Shown: in pieces, positions 49,458 to 61,064 of the stretch
Position numbering within the stretch: position 1 is the first letter of the stretch
Layout: every line of letters starts with the position of its first letter
Assembly (NCBI GenBank): GCA_013204405.1
Contig: JABMNX010000040.1
Coordinates: 1,046-65,045, forward strand
Direction: 5' to 3'
Source: Candidatus Kaiserbacteria bacterium
Lineage (GTDB): Bacteria > Patescibacteriota > Minisyncoccia > Phycocordibacterales > JABMNX01
DNA length: 64,000 nt
The notes under the pieces: generated by a model
The model's database searches: none
Seen by the model: only the letters and a program-made list of their open reading frames with translations
What the model was told of the DNA's origin: nothing
Translations under genes and position numbers: made by a program

Positions 49458-49871
49458 ATGGCTGACTTTACACACAAAGAAGAATATATTGAGACTGTCG
49501 GACGTCGAAAGACTGCGTCTGCTCGTGTTCGAATTTCTAAGAGCGAATCAAAGAATGAAGTTGTTATCAATGAGAAGAGTCTTGAAGAACACTTTCCTAC
49601 AAAAGAATTACAGGGTGTTGCTGGAGATGCACTCAAGCACTCATCTGAAGGGGATACATTTAAAGTAACAGCAATCATTAGAGGTGGTGGTATTCATGCC
49701 CAAGCCGAAGCATTGCGCCACGGTATTGCACGTGCGCTTGTTGAATACAATGCAGAATTGCGTAAAGCACTCAAAAAAGCAGGTTTTCTTAAGCGAGATC
49801 CTCGTAAGAAGGAACGAAAGAAATTTGGTCTCAAAAAAGCTCGAAAGTCACCCCAGTGGTCGAAGCGATAG
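49458..49871 (+). CDS. rpsI: 30S ribosomal protein S9
   Basis: [12 protein letters not shown]...[20 protein letters not shown]...[17 protein letters not shown]. Confidence 0.92.
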   Translation: MADFTHKEEYIETVGRRKTASARVRISKSESKNEVVINEKSLEEHFPTKELQGVAGDALKHSSEGDTFKVTAIIRGGGIHAQAEALRHGIARALVEYNAELRKALKKAGFLKRDPRKKERKKFGLKKARKSPQWSKR

Positions 49872-49940
49872 TACACGTTCTCTTAAATTAAGAGAAGTAA
49901 AAACTTACGTTACATTAAGTAACGTAAATGGAATTACCAT

Positions 49941-50516
49941 ATGCCAAAAAAGAAGTTCACAAAAATTGACAATGATAATGACCTGGAACATAATATCACC
50001 GATGATATTGTTCTAGAAGATGATTCTGAGGGTGTTTCTGATAAGATTAAGAAGATTCAGAAAAAGCTCAAGGAGTGTGAGAAAGAACGACAAGAATATC
50101 TCGATGGATGGCAGCGAGCACGGGCTGATGCAGTGAACAAGGAGAAAGAAACTGTGCTAGAACGAGAGCGAGCAGTATCGAGGGCCGAGATAAGGGCCTA
50201 TTCGGAACTTTTCCCAGTACTTGATAGTTTTGATATGGCTTTTTCTAATAAGGAGCTTTGGGAGAAGGTAGACAAGGATTGGCGGGTAGGTATAGAACAC
50301 ATTTACACTCAGGCTATCAGAATCTTTGAGAGTGCTGGAATTTCAACAATAGATGCAGAAGGAGTACTTGATCCACATCTCCACGAACCAATACAAGTTA
50401 AGGAGGTGGATGCCGAGAAGGATGATGGACATATTCTTTCTGTAGTTCAAAAGGGGTATATCAAAGGAGAACTTGTGTTACGTCCAGCAAAGGTAATTAT
50501 TGGAAAATTTAAATAA
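49941..50516 (+). CDS. grpE: nucleotide exchange factor GrpE
   Basis: Coiled-coil N-region followed by [12 protein letters not shown]...[12 protein letters not shown]-domain. Confidence 0.88.
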   Translation: MPKKKFTKIDNDNDLEHNITDDIVLEDDSEGVSDKIKKIQKKLKECEKERQEYLDGWQRARADAVNKEKETVLERERAVSRAEIRAYSELFPVLDSFDMAFSNKELWEKVDKDWRVGIEHIYTQAIRIFESAGISTIDAEGVLDPHLHEPIQVKEVDAEKDDGHILSVVQKGYIKGELVLRPAKVIIGKFK

Positions 50517-50539
50517 TTATTAATTTAAGAAAAAATATC

Positions 50540-52459
50540 ATGGGAAAAATTCTAGGAATTGATTTAGGAACAACTAACTCTGCAATGGCATATATCGCAG
50601 GCGGGGAGCCTGTTGTTATTGAGAACGCAGAAGGTAATCGCACAACTCCTTCTGTAGCAGCTATTTCGAAGACTGGTGAGCGTCTTGTTGGAGTCCTCGC
50701 TCGACGTCAAGCTGTAACAAACCCTAAAAATACTATTTATGGAATTAAGCGATTTGTCGGACACCGATATGCAGATGAAGTGGTGAAAAAAGACAAAGAT
50801 ACCCTTCCCTACGAAGTAAAAGAATCAAAAGATGGAGGAGTCCTAATTTCTCTTAATGAAAAAGACTACCGACCCGAGGAAATCTCAGCAATGATTCTAC
50901 AAAAACTCAAGCAAGATGCTGAGGCAAAAATAGGAGAAAAAATCACCGAGGCTATCATCACGGTACCTGCATACTTTGATGATGCACAGAGGAAAGCCAC
51001 TAAAGACGCAGGGAAGATTGCTGGTCTTGATGTGAAGCGTATCATCAACGAACCAACAGCTGCAGCTCTTGCGTATGGATTTAATAAGAAAAAAGATGAA
51101 CAAATCGTGGTCTATGACTTTGGAGGAGGTACGTTTGATGTATCAGTTCTTGAAGTAGGCGATGAAGTAATAGAAGTTAAATCAACTGATGGAGACTCAC
51201 ATATGGGCGGACGAGATATCGACCAGAAAATCATTATGTGGATTGGAGAGGAATTTAAAAAGCAGAGCGGTATAGATATAACAAAGGACCCACTTGCTCT
51301 TCAGCGTCTCGATGAAGCAGCTGAGAAGGCTAAGATGGAACTATCTTCATCTTCTGAAACAGAAATTAACATACCGTTCATCACATCAGATGAGTCTGGT
51401 CCAAAACATCTCTTGCTTAAACTTACTCGATCAACACTCGAACAACTTGCTAAAGAGTACATTGACCGATCTATTGAAATTACCAAACGTGCTATAGAAG
51501 CATCTCCGTTTGAAATTAAAGATATTGACGAAGTGATTCTTGTTGGAGGTCAGACTCGAATGCCTGCAATTGAGGCACGAGTTAAAGAACTTTTTGGAAA
51601 AGAACCCAATAAATCAATCAACCCGGATGAGGTTGTAGCACTTGGTGCTGCACTTCAGGCAGGAATTATGCAAGGGGATGTTAAAGACATTCTTCTTCTT
51701 GACGTGATTCCTCTTTCTCTTGGTATCGAAACTCTAGGAGGAGTGGGTACGAAACTTATAGAACGAAATACAACTATTCCAACTTCAAAATCTCAAACAT
51801 TTTCAACCGCAGCTGACAATCAGACTTCAGTTGAAGTACATATTGTTCAAGGTGAGCGTGCGATGGCAGCAGACAACAAGGACCTTGGGAGATTTATTCT
51901 TGAAGGAGTGCCACCAGCACCCCGTGGAGTACCGCAAGTAGAAGTAACGTTCGATATTGACGCAAACGGAATACTTAACGTTACTGCAAAAGATAAAGCA
52001 TCTGGAAAGGAGCAGTCAATTCGAATTGAGGCAAGTTCAGGGCTTTCTGATGAGGAGGTTAAAAAGATGCAAGAGGATGCAGAAGGTCATGCAGAAGAAG
52101 ACGCAAAGAAAAAAGAGCTTGTTGAAGTAAGAAATGTTGCTGAACAACTTGCGTACACTGCAGAGAGCTCTATCAAGGAGTATGGTGATAAAGTTACTGA
52201 TACTATAAAAGCAGATGTAGAAGAAAAAATTAAAGCAGTACGAGAAGTAAAAGATAAAGACGATGTTGAGGCAATTAAAAAAGCATCAGAAGAACTTTCT
52301 ACTGCTGTCCAAGAGATAGGGAAGGCTATGTCAGAAAACAAAGAAGAAAACAAAGCAGAAGAAGGACAACCAGAAGCCCATGAAGGCGATACATCTACTG
52401 AAACTCCAAACGATTCTCAAGAGGAAGCCACTAAAGAGTCAACTGAAGAAAACAAGTAG
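50540..52459 (+). CDS. dnaK: molecular chaperone DnaK (Hsp70)
   Basis: [20 protein letters not shown] and [10 protein letters not shown] motifs. 639 aa. Confidence 0.97.
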   Translation: MGKILGIDLGTTNSAMAYIAGGEPVVIENAEGNRTTPSVAAISKTGERLVGVLARRQAVTNPKNTIYGIKRFVGHRYADEVVKKDKDTLPYEVKESKDGGVLISLNEKDYRPEEISAMILQKLKQDAEAKIGEKITEAIITVPAYFDDAQRKATKDAGKIAGLDVKRIINEPTAAALAYGFNKKKDEQIVVYDFGGGTFDVSVLEVGDEVIEVKSTDGDSHMGGRDIDQKIIMWIGEEFKKQSGIDITKDPLALQRLDEAAEKAKMELSSSSETEINIPFITSDESGPKHLLLKLTRSTLEQLAKEYIDRSIEITKRAIEASPFEIKDIDEVILVGGQTRMPAIEARVKELFGKEPNKSINPDEVVALGAALQAGIMQGDVKDILLLDVIPLSLGIETLGGVGTKLIERNTTIPTSKSQTFSTAADNQTSVEVHIVQGERAMAADNKDLGRFILEGVPPAPRGVPQVEVTFDIDANGILNVTAKDKASGKEQSIRIEASSGLSDEEVKKMQEDAEGHAEEDAKKKELVEVRNVAEQLAYTAESSIKEYGDKVTDTIKADVEEKIKAVREVKDKDDVEAIKKASEELSTAVQEIGKAMSENKEENKAEEGQPEAHEGDTSTETPNDSQEEATKESTEENK

Positions 52460-52506
52460 TTAATCTCGGTGCTTGTTTTTAGTGTTAAGACGAGTACAAT
52501 AGTTTC

Positions 52507-53595
52507 ATGCAGAAGGACTACTACAAGACATTACAAGTTGCAAAGAATGCAACAAAAGATGAAATTAAAAAAGCATTCCGCACTCTAGCTCACAAGTATC
52601 ACCCAGATAAACAAACTGGAGATGAGGCAAAATTTAAAGAAATAAGTGAGGCGTATAGTGTGCTTTCAGATGATAAGAAACGTGCTGAGTATGACTCATA
52701 TGGACGGGTCTTTTCTGGCGGCGGATCAGCAGGAGGAGGGCAACAAGGACAGGGATTTGGAGGATTTGATTTTTCTGGATTTCAAGGAGGATTTGGGCAA
52801 GGTGGTTTTGAAGGTGTTGATTTGGGAGATATTTTTGGAGATATTTTCGGAGGAGGTAGGGGTGGTATACAGCGAGGAAGGGATATTTCTATTGATTTAG
52901 AGATTTCTTTTAAAGAGGCGGTATTTGGTGTTGAACGGCGGGTTCTACTCACCAAGACTTCTGTCTGTGACAGTTGTAGTGGTACTGGTGCAGAGAAAGG
53001 TTCTGAACTTGAAACATGTAAGGGATGTAATGGGAACGGAAAAGTTCATGAAAGTAAATCTTCTGTGTTCGGCACATTTACCAGTGTTCGTGCATGTGGA
53101 GAATGTCACGGTACTGGGAAAGTTCCTAAAGAAAAATGTAAAACATGTAAGGGAGCACGAGTTGCTCGAAAAGAAGAAGAGGTGGTTATCCGAGTCCCAT
53201 CAGGTATTAATAATGGAGAAATGATTCGTTTAACTGGTGGCGGAGAGGCTGTTGCTGGCGGAGATACTGGAGACCTTTATATAAAAATTCATGTACATCA
53301 AGATAAAAACTTCCACAAAGAAGGGAGTAATCTCATAACATCTCTTTCAGTAAAACTTACTGACGCGCTCTTAGGTGGGGAATACACACTACAAACTCTT
53401 GACGGAGATGCTATTGTTGTAAAAGTACCTCAAGGCGTTTCGTTTGGAGAAATTATCCGAGTTAAAGGACGAGGTGTTCCCTCATCTTTAAGTTCTCGCG
53501 GCGACCTTCTGATAAAAATCTTGATTGATATGCCAAAGAAGTTAAGTAAGAAATCAAAAGACGCAATTGGGGAACTCAAACAGGAGGGTATTTAG
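52507..53595 (+). CDS. dnaJ: molecular chaperone DnaJ
   Basis: J-domain HPD (KYHPDK), G/F-rich region and four CxxCxGxG zinc-finger repeats. Confidence 0.95.
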   Translation: MQKDYYKTLQVAKNATKDEIKKAFRTLAHKYHPDKQTGDEAKFKEISEAYSVLSDDKKRAEYDSYGRVFSGGGSAGGGQQGQGFGGFDFSGFQGGFGQGGFEGVDLGDIFGDIFGGGRGGIQRGRDISIDLEISFKEAVFGVERRVLLTKTSVCDSCSGTGAEKGSELETCKGCNGNGKVHESKSSVFGTFTSVRACGECHGTGKVPKEKCKTCKGARVARKEEEVVIRVPSGINNGEMIRLTGGGEAVAGGDTGDLYIKIHVHQDKNFHKEGSNLITSLSVKLTDALLGGEYTLQTLDGDAIVVKVPQGVSFGEIIRVKGRGVPSSLSSRGDLLIKILIDMPKKLSKKSKDAIGELKQEGI

Positions 53596-53614
53596 TTAGA
53601 AGTAATATACATTA

Positions 53615-54118
53615 GTGTTTATGGATTTCTTTAACACACTATCTGGAGCGATTACAACGGATATTATTATTATATTTGTAGTCTTTACCTTTTTATTTCT
53701 ATTTAGTGTTCGGTATGGAAAAAGTAGCAGTACATCACTTCTTCTTTCTCTTTACGTTGGGATTCTGACATTTCTCAGTTTTCCATACTTAGAAGAGGCA
53801 ACATTTTTAAAAAGTTCTGAAGTGCAGGTAACTATTTCTCATATTGTATTATTTCTTGTTCTAGTATTTATGATTCATTCTGTCGTTCGTAGGTTTATCT
53901 TTACCGAGTACTCAGGTAGTGGGTTTCTAAAGTACGGCGAGATGACGATTCTATCAGGAGTGACAACAGCACTTTTATTTGCATTCGCGTATCATACAAT
54001 CCCGCTCGCAACACTTTATGATTTTGGAGACTCTATAGATAGTCTTTTTTCATCCCAGTATTTCTTCTGGTGGCTTGTAGCTCCCATGGCCGCACTTCTG
54101 TTAGTCTCTCGTGAATAA
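53615..54118 (+). CDS. hypothetical integral membrane protein
   Basis: 167 aa with four or five TM helices. Confidence 0.45.
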   Translation: MFMDFFNTLSGAITTDIIIIFVVFTFLFLFSVRYGKSSSTSLLLSLYVGILTFLSFPYLEEATFLKSSEVQVTISHIVLFLVLVFMIHSVVRRFIFTEYSGSGFLKYGEMTILSGVTTALLFAFAYHTIPLATLYDFGDSIDSLFSSQYFFWWLVAPMAALLLVSRE

Positions 54119-54178
54119 GTAAAACTTAGCTACATAACCCATAATTAGCTTCCAAAATCCCCATTTTCTGGTACTATT

Positions 54179-55135
54179 TTGAGAATGAAAGGAAAGAAAA
54201 GACTTCTCACTGGTTTACAGGCATCAGGAACTCTTCATATAGGAAACTATTTCGGTGCACTTAAGCCATTTGTTGATACGTATGAAGATTATGAGAGCAT
54301 GCTCATGGTTGCTGATTATCATGCGCTTACATCAATAAAGGACGCTTCTTTGTTACGCAGTAATATATTTGATGTCGTTAAGGACTATCTTGCAGTAGGC
54401 ATTGACCCGAAGAAGGCAATTATATTCAAACAATCTGATGTGCTTGAACACACAGAACTTAGTTGGATTTTTAACTGTCTTGTGACAGTACCTTTCTTAA
54501 TGCAGGCCCATGCCTATAAAGATAAAATTGCTAAAGGTCTAGAAGCTAACGCAGGTCTTTTTACATACCCAATGCTTATGGCAGCTGATATTCTACTGTA
54601 TGACACAGATGTCGTACCAGTCGGAGAAGACCAACGACAACATGTCGAATACGCAAGAGAAGCTGCTATGAAATTCAACAATGCTTTTGGTGACACATTC
54701 AGCGCTCCAAAAGAACTAATTCTTGAAGGAGTTGGTACTGTTCCGGGAACAGACGGTTTAAAGATGGCAAAAAGTAGGCCTCAGTACGTTATTCCATTAT
54801 TTGGTAGTAAAGACGAAATTACAAAGGCAGTCATGTCCATTGTCACAGACTCTTCAGCAGATCGTCCTGAGCACGTATATGCAATTCACAAACTCTTTAA
54901 AACTGAAGAAGAGTTAGAGGTTTTATATAAAGAAAAAATGGGAAACTATAAAGATCTTAAAGAAGCACTGATTGAGGATATTGATTCGTATATGTCTCCT
55001 ATTCGCGAAAGACGAATTCACATCACCGATGACGAGGTAAAAAAAGTCTTGGAAGATGGAGGAAAGCGTGCACGAGAAATTGCGCAAAAGAAAATGGAAG
55101 ACGTTCGCAAGAAAATAGGAGTGACAATTAACTAA
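54179..55135 (+). CDS. trpS: tryptophanyl-tRNA synthetase
   Basis: LTGLQASGTLHIGNYFGAL (HIGH), VPVGEDQRQHVE, KMAKS. Confidence 0.9.
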   Translation: MRMKGKKRLLTGLQASGTLHIGNYFGALKPFVDTYEDYESMLMVADYHALTSIKDASLLRSNIFDVVKDYLAVGIDPKKAIIFKQSDVLEHTELSWIFNCLVTVPFLMQAHAYKDKIAKGLEANAGLFTYPMLMAADILLYDTDVVPVGEDQRQHVEYAREAAMKFNNAFGDTFSAPKELILEGVGTVPGTDGLKMAKSRPQYVIPLFGSKDEITKAVMSIVTDSSADRPEHVYAIHKLFKTEEELEVLYKEKMGNYKDLKEALIEDIDSYMSPIRERRIHITDDEVKKVLEDGGKRAREIAQKKMEDVRKKIGVTIN

Positions 55136-55142
55136 TTCAATT

Positions 55143-56435
55143 ATGGAAAGAACATACATACAAAATTTAAAAGATAATGTAGATAAAGAAGTAACCATCT
55201 CTGCTTGGGTTGATGTTGCACGAGACCAAGGAAAGATGGCTTTTTTTGATTTTCGTGATGGAACTGGTTTTGTTCAAGGTGTTGTTTTTGGAAAGCCAGA
55301 CGTACTTGAAGTAGCAAAGAAACTTCGTCCTGAGTGGGTTGTTTCTATAACCGGGAAAGTAAATAAGCGACCAGAGAAAATGGTTAATGAAGGAGTAGAC
55401 AACGGTGACATCGAGCTTGAAATTACGGGGATAGAAGTATTGAGTGAAGCACACGAGCTTCCATTTGATAAAGATACTGAACTCAATATTGATACATATC
55501 TCGATAACATGCCACTTACACTGCGGTCAGAAAAAGCGAGAAAGACATTTAAGACACAAGCAAATATTATAAAAGCGTATAGAGAAATACTTAATGAAAA
55601 AGGGTTCACTGAGTTCCAAGCACCAAAACTAGTTGGAGATGATGCTGAAGGAGGCGGTAACGTGTTTAAGGTAGAGTACTTTAAAGACAAAGACGCATAC
55701 CTCGCAACAAGTCCACAGCTTTACAAACAGATTATGGTTGGAGTATTCGAAAAAGTTTTTTCTACAGGAAATGTTTTTCGGGCAGAGAAACACAGCACAA
55801 CACGACACCTAAACGAGTACACGAGTCTTGATGCAGAGTTTGGATTTATTAAAGACCACACAGATGTTATGGCTGTATTAACAGATGTAATGAAACACAT
55901 CAATAAATCTATAGACGGTGATTTGAAAATTCCAGAAGAGATACCTGTTATGAAATTGCGTGAAGCTCAAGCGCTTATCTCAAAAGAAACAGGAGAAGAC
56001 TGTACTGAGGAACCGGACCTAGAACCAGCACATGAGCGGTGGTTATCTGAATACGCACTCAAAGAATTTAATTCAGATTTTATATTCATCACACACTATC
56101 CAGTATCAAAACGGCCATTCTACACATATGAAGACGAGGATGATAAAGGATTTACCAAGAGTTTTGACCTTCTGTTGCGAGGAGTTGAAATAACAACAGG
56201 AGGGCAGCGAGTTCACAATTACGATGAATATTTAAGAAAGTTAAAAGAGAAAGGTCTCAACCCAGAAGGATTTTCATTTTATCTACAGGCCTTTAAAAAT
56301 GGTATGCCACCTCACGGTGGATGGGGGATGGGACTAGAACGTCTTACACAAAAAATACTTAACCTAGATAACGTGAAAGAAGCAACGCTTTTCCCGAGAG
56401 AAATGAACCGAATTGATACACTGTTAACCGACTAA
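55143..56435 (+). CDS. aspS: aspartyl-tRNA synthetase, archaeal/eukaryotic short type
   Basis: OB-fold N-domain. Class II motif 2 GNVFRAEKHSTTRHLNEYTSLDAE. Motif 3 GGWGMGLERL. 430 aa. Confidence 0.85.
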   Translation: MERTYIQNLKDNVDKEVTISAWVDVARDQGKMAFFDFRDGTGFVQGVVFGKPDVLEVAKKLRPEWVVSITGKVNKRPEKMVNEGVDNGDIELEITGIEVLSEAHELPFDKDTELNIDTYLDNMPLTLRSEKARKTFKTQANIIKAYREILNEKGFTEFQAPKLVGDDAEGGGNVFKVEYFKDKDAYLATSPQLYKQIMVGVFEKVFSTGNVFRAEKHSTTRHLNEYTSLDAEFGFIKDHTDVMAVLTDVMKHINKSIDGDLKIPEEIPVMKLREAQALISKETGEDCTEEPDLEPAHERWLSEYALKEFNSDFIFITHYPVSKRPFYTYEDEDDKGFTKSFDLLLRGVEITTGGQRVHNYDEYLRKLKEKGLNPEGFSFYLQAFKNGMPPHGGWGMGLERLTQKILNLDNVKEATLFPREMNRIDTLLTD

Positions 56436-56445
56436 ATATACCAAA

Positions 56446-57849
56446 ATGAAAATAACTACAGAGACCAAAAAAGCAGGAACACTGCCAAAGAAAATTGTTA
56501 AAGTAACTCTTACAGAAAAGAATCAAACACGATTTATTGAAGACGCCGAGGGCTCAACAAGTATAGAAATAAAAATAAATAAAAACGATAAGAATAACTT
56601 AAGAAAATTTATTAAGGTTGTTCGTAAAGTGGTACGAACCGCTAAACAGTATAAGGTAGAACAAATTGCTATTAATATTGATGAGTTTAGTCAGATAACA
56701 GAGCTAACCGGAAAAGAGCTTGGCTCAATAGTTGTACAAAACTTAGAGATGGCTAGTTATGAGTTTCGTGATTTTAAAACAAAACCAAAAGACGGTTGGA
56801 AAGATTTAGAAAAAGTAATTATTTCAAATGTTTCTCAAAAGACAGTTAAAGATGGAATTTCTGAGGGAAAGAAAATCGGAGAAATGGTGAACGAATGTCG
56901 TATGATTTCAAATACTCCAGGAGGAGACATGACTCCACAAATTCTTGCAGGACATGCAAAACGACTTTCTAAAAACACGACTATAAAAACAACAGTTCTT
57001 GGGGAGAAAGAAATGGAGAAATTAAAAATGGGAGCGATTCTAGGAGTTTCTAAAGGTTCTCCAGAAGAATCCAAGTTTATAATCATGGACTATAAGGGAG
57101 GCAAGAAAGGGGAGCGTCCTATAGTACTTGTTGGAAAAGGAGTAACGTTTGATACAGGGGGGCTTAATATAAAGGGAGGGGATGGTATGTTAGGAATGCA
57201 CTTCGACATGTCTGGTGGAGCATCTGTTATAGCGACACTTTCTCTAGTCGCACAGCTTAAATTAAAGAAAAATGTTATTGGACTTATTCCTTCTGTTGAA
57301 AACATGGTTTCAGGAAGTGCGTTTCGTCCAGGAGATGTTCTTAAGTCTATGTCAGGAAAAACCATTGAGGTTCTTAACACAGATGCAGAAGGGCGGCTCA
57401 TATTAGCTGATGCACTTACGTATGCTAAAAAGTTTAACCCGAGAGCTGTTATTGATGTTGCGACACTAACAGGAGCTTCTTTAGTTGCGTTAGGGCAAAA
57501 TGCTTCAGCAATAATGACAAGGAGTAAAAAACTACAAGATACTCTTGAGGAATTAGGAGAAAAATCTGGTGACTATGTATGGCCACTACCTCTATGGGAA
57601 GAGTATGAAGCTGATGTAAAAGGGCAGATTGCAGACGTTGCAAACCTTGGAACTAAAAACCCACGTAATGGTGGCTCTATTAACGGAGGGATTTTTCTTT
57701 TACAGTTTGTAAAAGATTATCCAAAAGACTGTGTATGGGCACATATTGATATGGCACCGCGTATGACAACAATCCCAAGCGACAATCTTTCAACCGGAGC
57801 AGCAGGGGAACCAGTTCGATTATTGACTCAATTCGTTAAGGAATACTAA
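56446..57849 (+). CDS. pepA: leucyl aminopeptidase (peptidase M17)
   Basis: VLNTDAEGRLILADALTYA and VGKGVTFDTGGLNIK motifs. Confidence 0.9.
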   Translation: MKITTETKKAGTLPKKIVKVTLTEKNQTRFIEDAEGSTSIEIKINKNDKNNLRKFIKVVRKVVRTAKQYKVEQIAINIDEFSQITELTGKELGSIVVQNLEMASYEFRDFKTKPKDGWKDLEKVIISNVSQKTVKDGISEGKKIGEMVNECRMISNTPGGDMTPQILAGHAKRLSKNTTIKTTVLGEKEMEKLKMGAILGVSKGSPEESKFIIMDYKGGKKGERPIVLVGKGVTFDTGGLNIKGGDGMLGMHFDMSGGASVIATLSLVAQLKLKKNVIGLIPSVENMVSGSAFRPGDVLKSMSGKTIEVLNTDAEGRLILADALTYAKKFNPRAVIDVATLTGASLVALGQNASAIMTRSKKLQDTLEELGEKSGDYVWPLPLWEEYEADVKGQIADVANLGTKNPRNGGSINGGIFLLQFVKDYPKDCVWAHIDMAPRMTTIPSDNLSTGAAGEPVRLLTQFVKEY

Positions 57850-57861
57850 TTTTAATTACTA

Positions 57862-58608
57862 ATGAGAGCAACTGAAGAAACAGCAAAAGATTTTAAAGTA
57901 ACATTTGAAGGGTTTGAGGGACCGCTCGAACTCCTTCTTTCGTTAATAGAGAAACGGAAACTTCCAATCAATGATGTTTCTCTGGCTTCTGTGACAGACG
58001 ACTACATTAAACACATTGAACAACAGGGACAGTTTCCACTTTCTCAAACATCCCACTTCATACTTATAGCATCAACACTTTTGTTGATTAAATCTAAGTC
58101 TCTGCTTCCAACACTCGACCTGACTTCCGAAGAAGAAGAGAGTATGGAATCTCTTGAGAGACAACTTAAGCTTTATAAACAAAATAAAGAGTTGTCGATT
58201 CACATTGCACGTATGTTTGGGGAACATATTCTTTTTAGTGCAGAAGAAGTAAAAATACTTGACCCTGTTTTTTCTCCTCCTCAAGATGCATCTCTTGGGT
58301 CACTACAAGAGGGGATAGTCCGTGTGCTTCAGAGGTTACCCAAAGTTAATCTTGTTCCAGAAGCAGTAGTTAAAAAAGTAGTGAGTATTGAGGAGATGAT
58401 TGAAAACTTAACAGCTCGAATTACTAAAAATCTTCGCGTGAGCTTTTCAGAATTCTCAAATATAGGGAAAGCAGAAAAAATTGAGGTAATCGTTGGGTTT
58501 TTAGCAATGTTAGAACTTGCAAAGCAAGGTATAATTAGTCTCACGCAAGATAAAACATTTTCAGATATCACCATGGAAACCGACTCTGTTGGTACACCTA
58601 AATACTAG
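57862..58608 (+). CDS. scpA: segregation and condensation protein A
   Basis: FEGPLELLLSLIEKRKLPINDVSLASVTDDYI. Confidence 0.85.
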   Translation: MRATEETAKDFKVTFEGFEGPLELLLSLIEKRKLPINDVSLASVTDDYIKHIEQQGQFPLSQTSHFILIASTLLLIKSKSLLPTLDLTSEEEESMESLERQLKLYKQNKELSIHIARMFGEHILFSAEEVKILDPVFSPPQDASLGSLQEGIVRVLQRLPKVNLVPEAVVKKVVSIEEMIENLTARITKNLRVSFSEFSNIGKAEKIEVIVGFLAMLELAKQGIISLTQDKTFSDITMETDSVGTPKY

Positions 58609-58610
58609 TA

Positions 58611-59177
58611 ATGATGAATATGGATAACCAACCAAACAATCTTTCACAGAAAATAGAAGCAGTGCTCTTTTTTAAGAATGAGCCAGTAAAAAGGAAATGG
58701 CTTGAGACAACACTCAACAAGAGCGCAGATGAGGTCTCCGAGGCCCTTTTAGAGCTTAAAAATGCCCTTTCTTCAAGAGGGGTGACCCTTGTGGAACTTA
58801 ATGACAGTGTGGCACTTCGCACAGCCCCAGAGCACTCCGACACCCTTTTAGAGCTCAGAAAAGATGAACTTTCAAGAGATCTTGGGAAAGCAGGACTTGA
58901 GACTCTTTCAATAATTTTATATCGGTCTCCAATCACTCGTGCTGAAGTTGACTACATTCGTGGAGTAAATTCTACATTCATTATTAGGAACCTTCTTGTG
59001 CGTGGACTGGTCGAAAAAATGTCAAACCCACAAGACGCTCGTAGCTTCTTGTATCAGCCAACCTTTTCATTGCTTTCATTTCTTGGTATACCTAACGTTA
59101 ATGAACTTCCAGAATATGAGGAAGTGCGGAAAGAAATAGACCAGTTTGAAAAAGAACAAAAAGAATATGTCGAATAA
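58611..59177 (+). CDS. scpB: segregation and condensation protein B
   Basis: IEAVLFFKNEPV...TLVELNDSVALRTAPE and a second wHTH (LSIILYRSPITRAEVDYIRGVNS). Confidence 0.85.
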   Translation: MMNMDNQPNNLSQKIEAVLFFKNEPVKRKWLETTLNKSADEVSEALLELKNALSSRGVTLVELNDSVALRTAPEHSDTLLELRKDELSRDLGKAGLETLSIILYRSPITRAEVDYIRGVNSTFIIRNLLVRGLVEKMSNPQDARSFLYQPTFSLLSFLGIPNVNELPEYEEVRKEIDQFEKEQKEYVE

Positions 59178-60156
59178 CGAATCAGAGAACACAACAATAG
59201 TAGTAGAGGAAAAGATGAATTCAATGCTTGTCCGTCTTGGAGTTCTCGGTGGTCTTTTGATGTTGAGTCTCTTTGTGTTTAACAGCAGTATTTTCACAAT
59301 AGAAAGCACTACTGCTGTTGCCACTCCAGTTAAAGCACTGCCTACACTAATTAGTCCGTTTGAACACGTGACTGTCGAGGCGAAAGCCGCATATGTGTAT
59401 GACGTTGTAAACGAAGAGATACTTTTTGCAAAAAATGAACGGTCGCAACTTCCACTGGCTTCTGTTACTAAACTTATGACTGCGCTTGTTGCGTCAGAAC
59501 TTATCTCTGAAGGAACTATTATCACAATAGGAGAAGACTCAGTAGCGGTAGATGGAGACAACGGGTTCCATGTTGATGAACACTGGAAATTTAAAGACCT
59601 TCTTGATTACACACTCCTTGTTTCTTCAAACGATGGCGCACACGCAATCGCGTCTGTTGCAGGCTCATTTTCTACCGACACAGCTCAGAGCTTAGAGGGG
59701 AAAAGTTCTAACCAGATATTTATAGACAAGATGAATCAAACAGCAGTGTCTCTCGGACTTACCCAATCGTACTTTATTAATGAAAGCGGTCTTGATAGAA
59801 GCACACTTGTTGGAGGGGGTTATGGTTCAGCTCGCGATATTGCATCACTTCTTGCATACATTATTTTTAATCGACCGGGGCTTTTGGAAGCAACGGCGTA
59901 TGAAAACCTTAATTTTATTTCAGAAGACCAATTTGTATACAACGCAACAAACACTAACTCAGCAGTAGGGAATATCCCCGGACTCCTCGCATCAAAAACT
60001 GGTTACACAGATTTGGCAGGAGGAAACCTCGCAATAGCATTCGACGCAGGAATCAACCATCCAATCGTAGCAGTAGTCCTTGGCTCCTCATTTGAAGGCC
60101 GATTTAGGGATATTGAAAAACTTGTTGACGCCAGTCTCGAAGAGATGGCTCAGTAA
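59146..60156 (+). CDS. dacA: D-alanyl-D-alanine carboxypeptidase (peptidase S11, PBP5/6-like)
   Basis: SxxK (ASVTKLMT), SxN (VSSNDGA) and KTG (ASKTGYT) motifs, plus an N-terminal signal anchor. Confidence 0.85.
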   Translation: MKKNKKNMSNNESENTTIVVEEKMNSMLVRLGVLGGLLMLSLFVFNSSIFTIESTTAVATPVKALPTLISPFEHVTVEAKAAYVYDVVNEEILFAKNERSQLPLASVTKLMTALVASELISEGTIITIGEDSVAVDGDNGFHVDEHWKFKDLLDYTLLVSSNDGAHAIASVAGSFSTDTAQSLEGKSSNQIFIDKMNQTAVSLGLTQSYFINESGLDRSTLVGGGYGSARDIASLLAYIIFNRPGLLEATAYENLNFISEDQFVYNATNTNSAVGNIPGLLASKTGYTDLAGGNLAIAFDAGINHPIVAVVLGSSFEGRFRDIEKLVDASLEEMAQ

Positions 60157-60169
60157 AAAGACAGAAATA

Positions 60170-60196
60170 AACGCCAAGGGTACCCTTGGCGTTTAA
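60170..60196 (+). terminator. terminator-like perfect hairpin AACGCCAAGGG-ta-CCCTTGGCGTT
   Basis: 11-bp stem with a weak T tract (TTaaTaTc). A second perfect hairpin AACAACAAGG-tcac-CCTTGTTGTT at 60226-60249 is followed by TGGTTTCGTTGATTTT. Confidence 0.45.
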
Positions 60197-60296
60197 TATC
60201 AATGGGAATAAGGGTTATTTACATAAACAACAAGGTCACCTTGTTGTTTGGTTTCGTTGATTTTAACAATATTTTGTGCGATTATAATATGCAATT

Positions 60297-61004
60297 ATGG
60301 CATATCTAAAATTTATACCAGACAAAAACCTCATTGCTATTGTGGGTAAAGTAGTTGAGGTGATCATAGCAGCTGAGAATAATGCAGATGAAAAATTATA
60401 TAAGAATGTGATTGACCCATTTTCTGCATTATTTCACGGAATAACCAAATCAATGTCATACAAAGAATGGCTTACTGAAGAGAAAACCCGGCAAATACAA
60501 AAGACTATGCAAAACGCAATTGGTAATTTTCACCAAGAAATAATTGGCTCTGTGCGTGATTGGGAAGACCTTGGTGCCGGTGGTGGTTTAGATGTTATAA
60601 ACAAAAAAAAGAGAATCATTGCAGAAATGAAGAATAAATTTAATACTACTAAAGGTAACCATAGGGTTGAAATATATGATGCTATAGAAGCGAAAATTAA
60701 GTCAAAAGAATACACTGGGTATACTGGGTATTATGTAGAAGTTATCTCACAAGGTAGGAATGTATATGACAATCTGTTTACTCCACCAGATAATAAGATT
60801 AAGAAAAATCGCCCTGAAAATAAAAAAATTCGAGTAATCGACGGTGTAAGTTTTTATGCGTTAACGACAGGTCGACCACACGCTTTGCAGGAATTATTCC
60901 AAGCGATTCCTGAAGTGTTATCAGACAACTATAAATACAAATTGAATAAAAAAGATCTCAAGCAATATTTTAGTTTGTTTGAAAAAGCTTTTTCCACAGA
61001 GTAA
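60297..61004 (+). CDS. candidate type II restriction endonuclease, possibly Eco47II-family-like
   Basis: Immediately upstream of and co-oriented with an m5C methyltransferase. Candidate PD-(D/E)xK core GLDVINKKKRIIAEMKNK (D...ExK). The family call is from memory only. Confidence 0.45.
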   Translation: MAYLKFIPDKNLIAIVGKVVEVIIAAENNADEKLYKNVIDPFSALFHGITKSMSYKEWLTEEKTRQIQKTMQNAIGNFHQEIIGSVRDWEDLGAGGGLDVINKKKRIIAEMKNKFNTTKGNHRVEIYDAIEAKIKSKEYTGYTGYYVEVISQGRNVYDNLFTPPDNKIKKNRPENKKIRVIDGVSFYALTTGRPHALQELFQAIPEVLSDNYKYKLNKKDLKQYFSLFEKAFSTE

Positions 61005-61063
61005 CCATTGCATAGGCAATGGTTACTTTCGTATAATAACTACAACTTAAAAGTTGTAGTTAT
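61001..61063 (+). promoter_or_regulatory. two perfect palindromes between the R and M genes: GTAACCATTGC-ata-GGCAATGGTTAC (61001-61026) and ATAACTACAACTT-aa-AAGTTGTAGTTAT (61036-61063), with a TATAAT box at 61032-61037
   Basis: Read directly. The first palindrome overlaps the REase stop codon. The second abuts the methyltransferase ATG and RBS. The methyltransferase has an N-terminal HTH that could bind such an operator. Confidence 0.5.
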
Positions 61064-61064
61064 T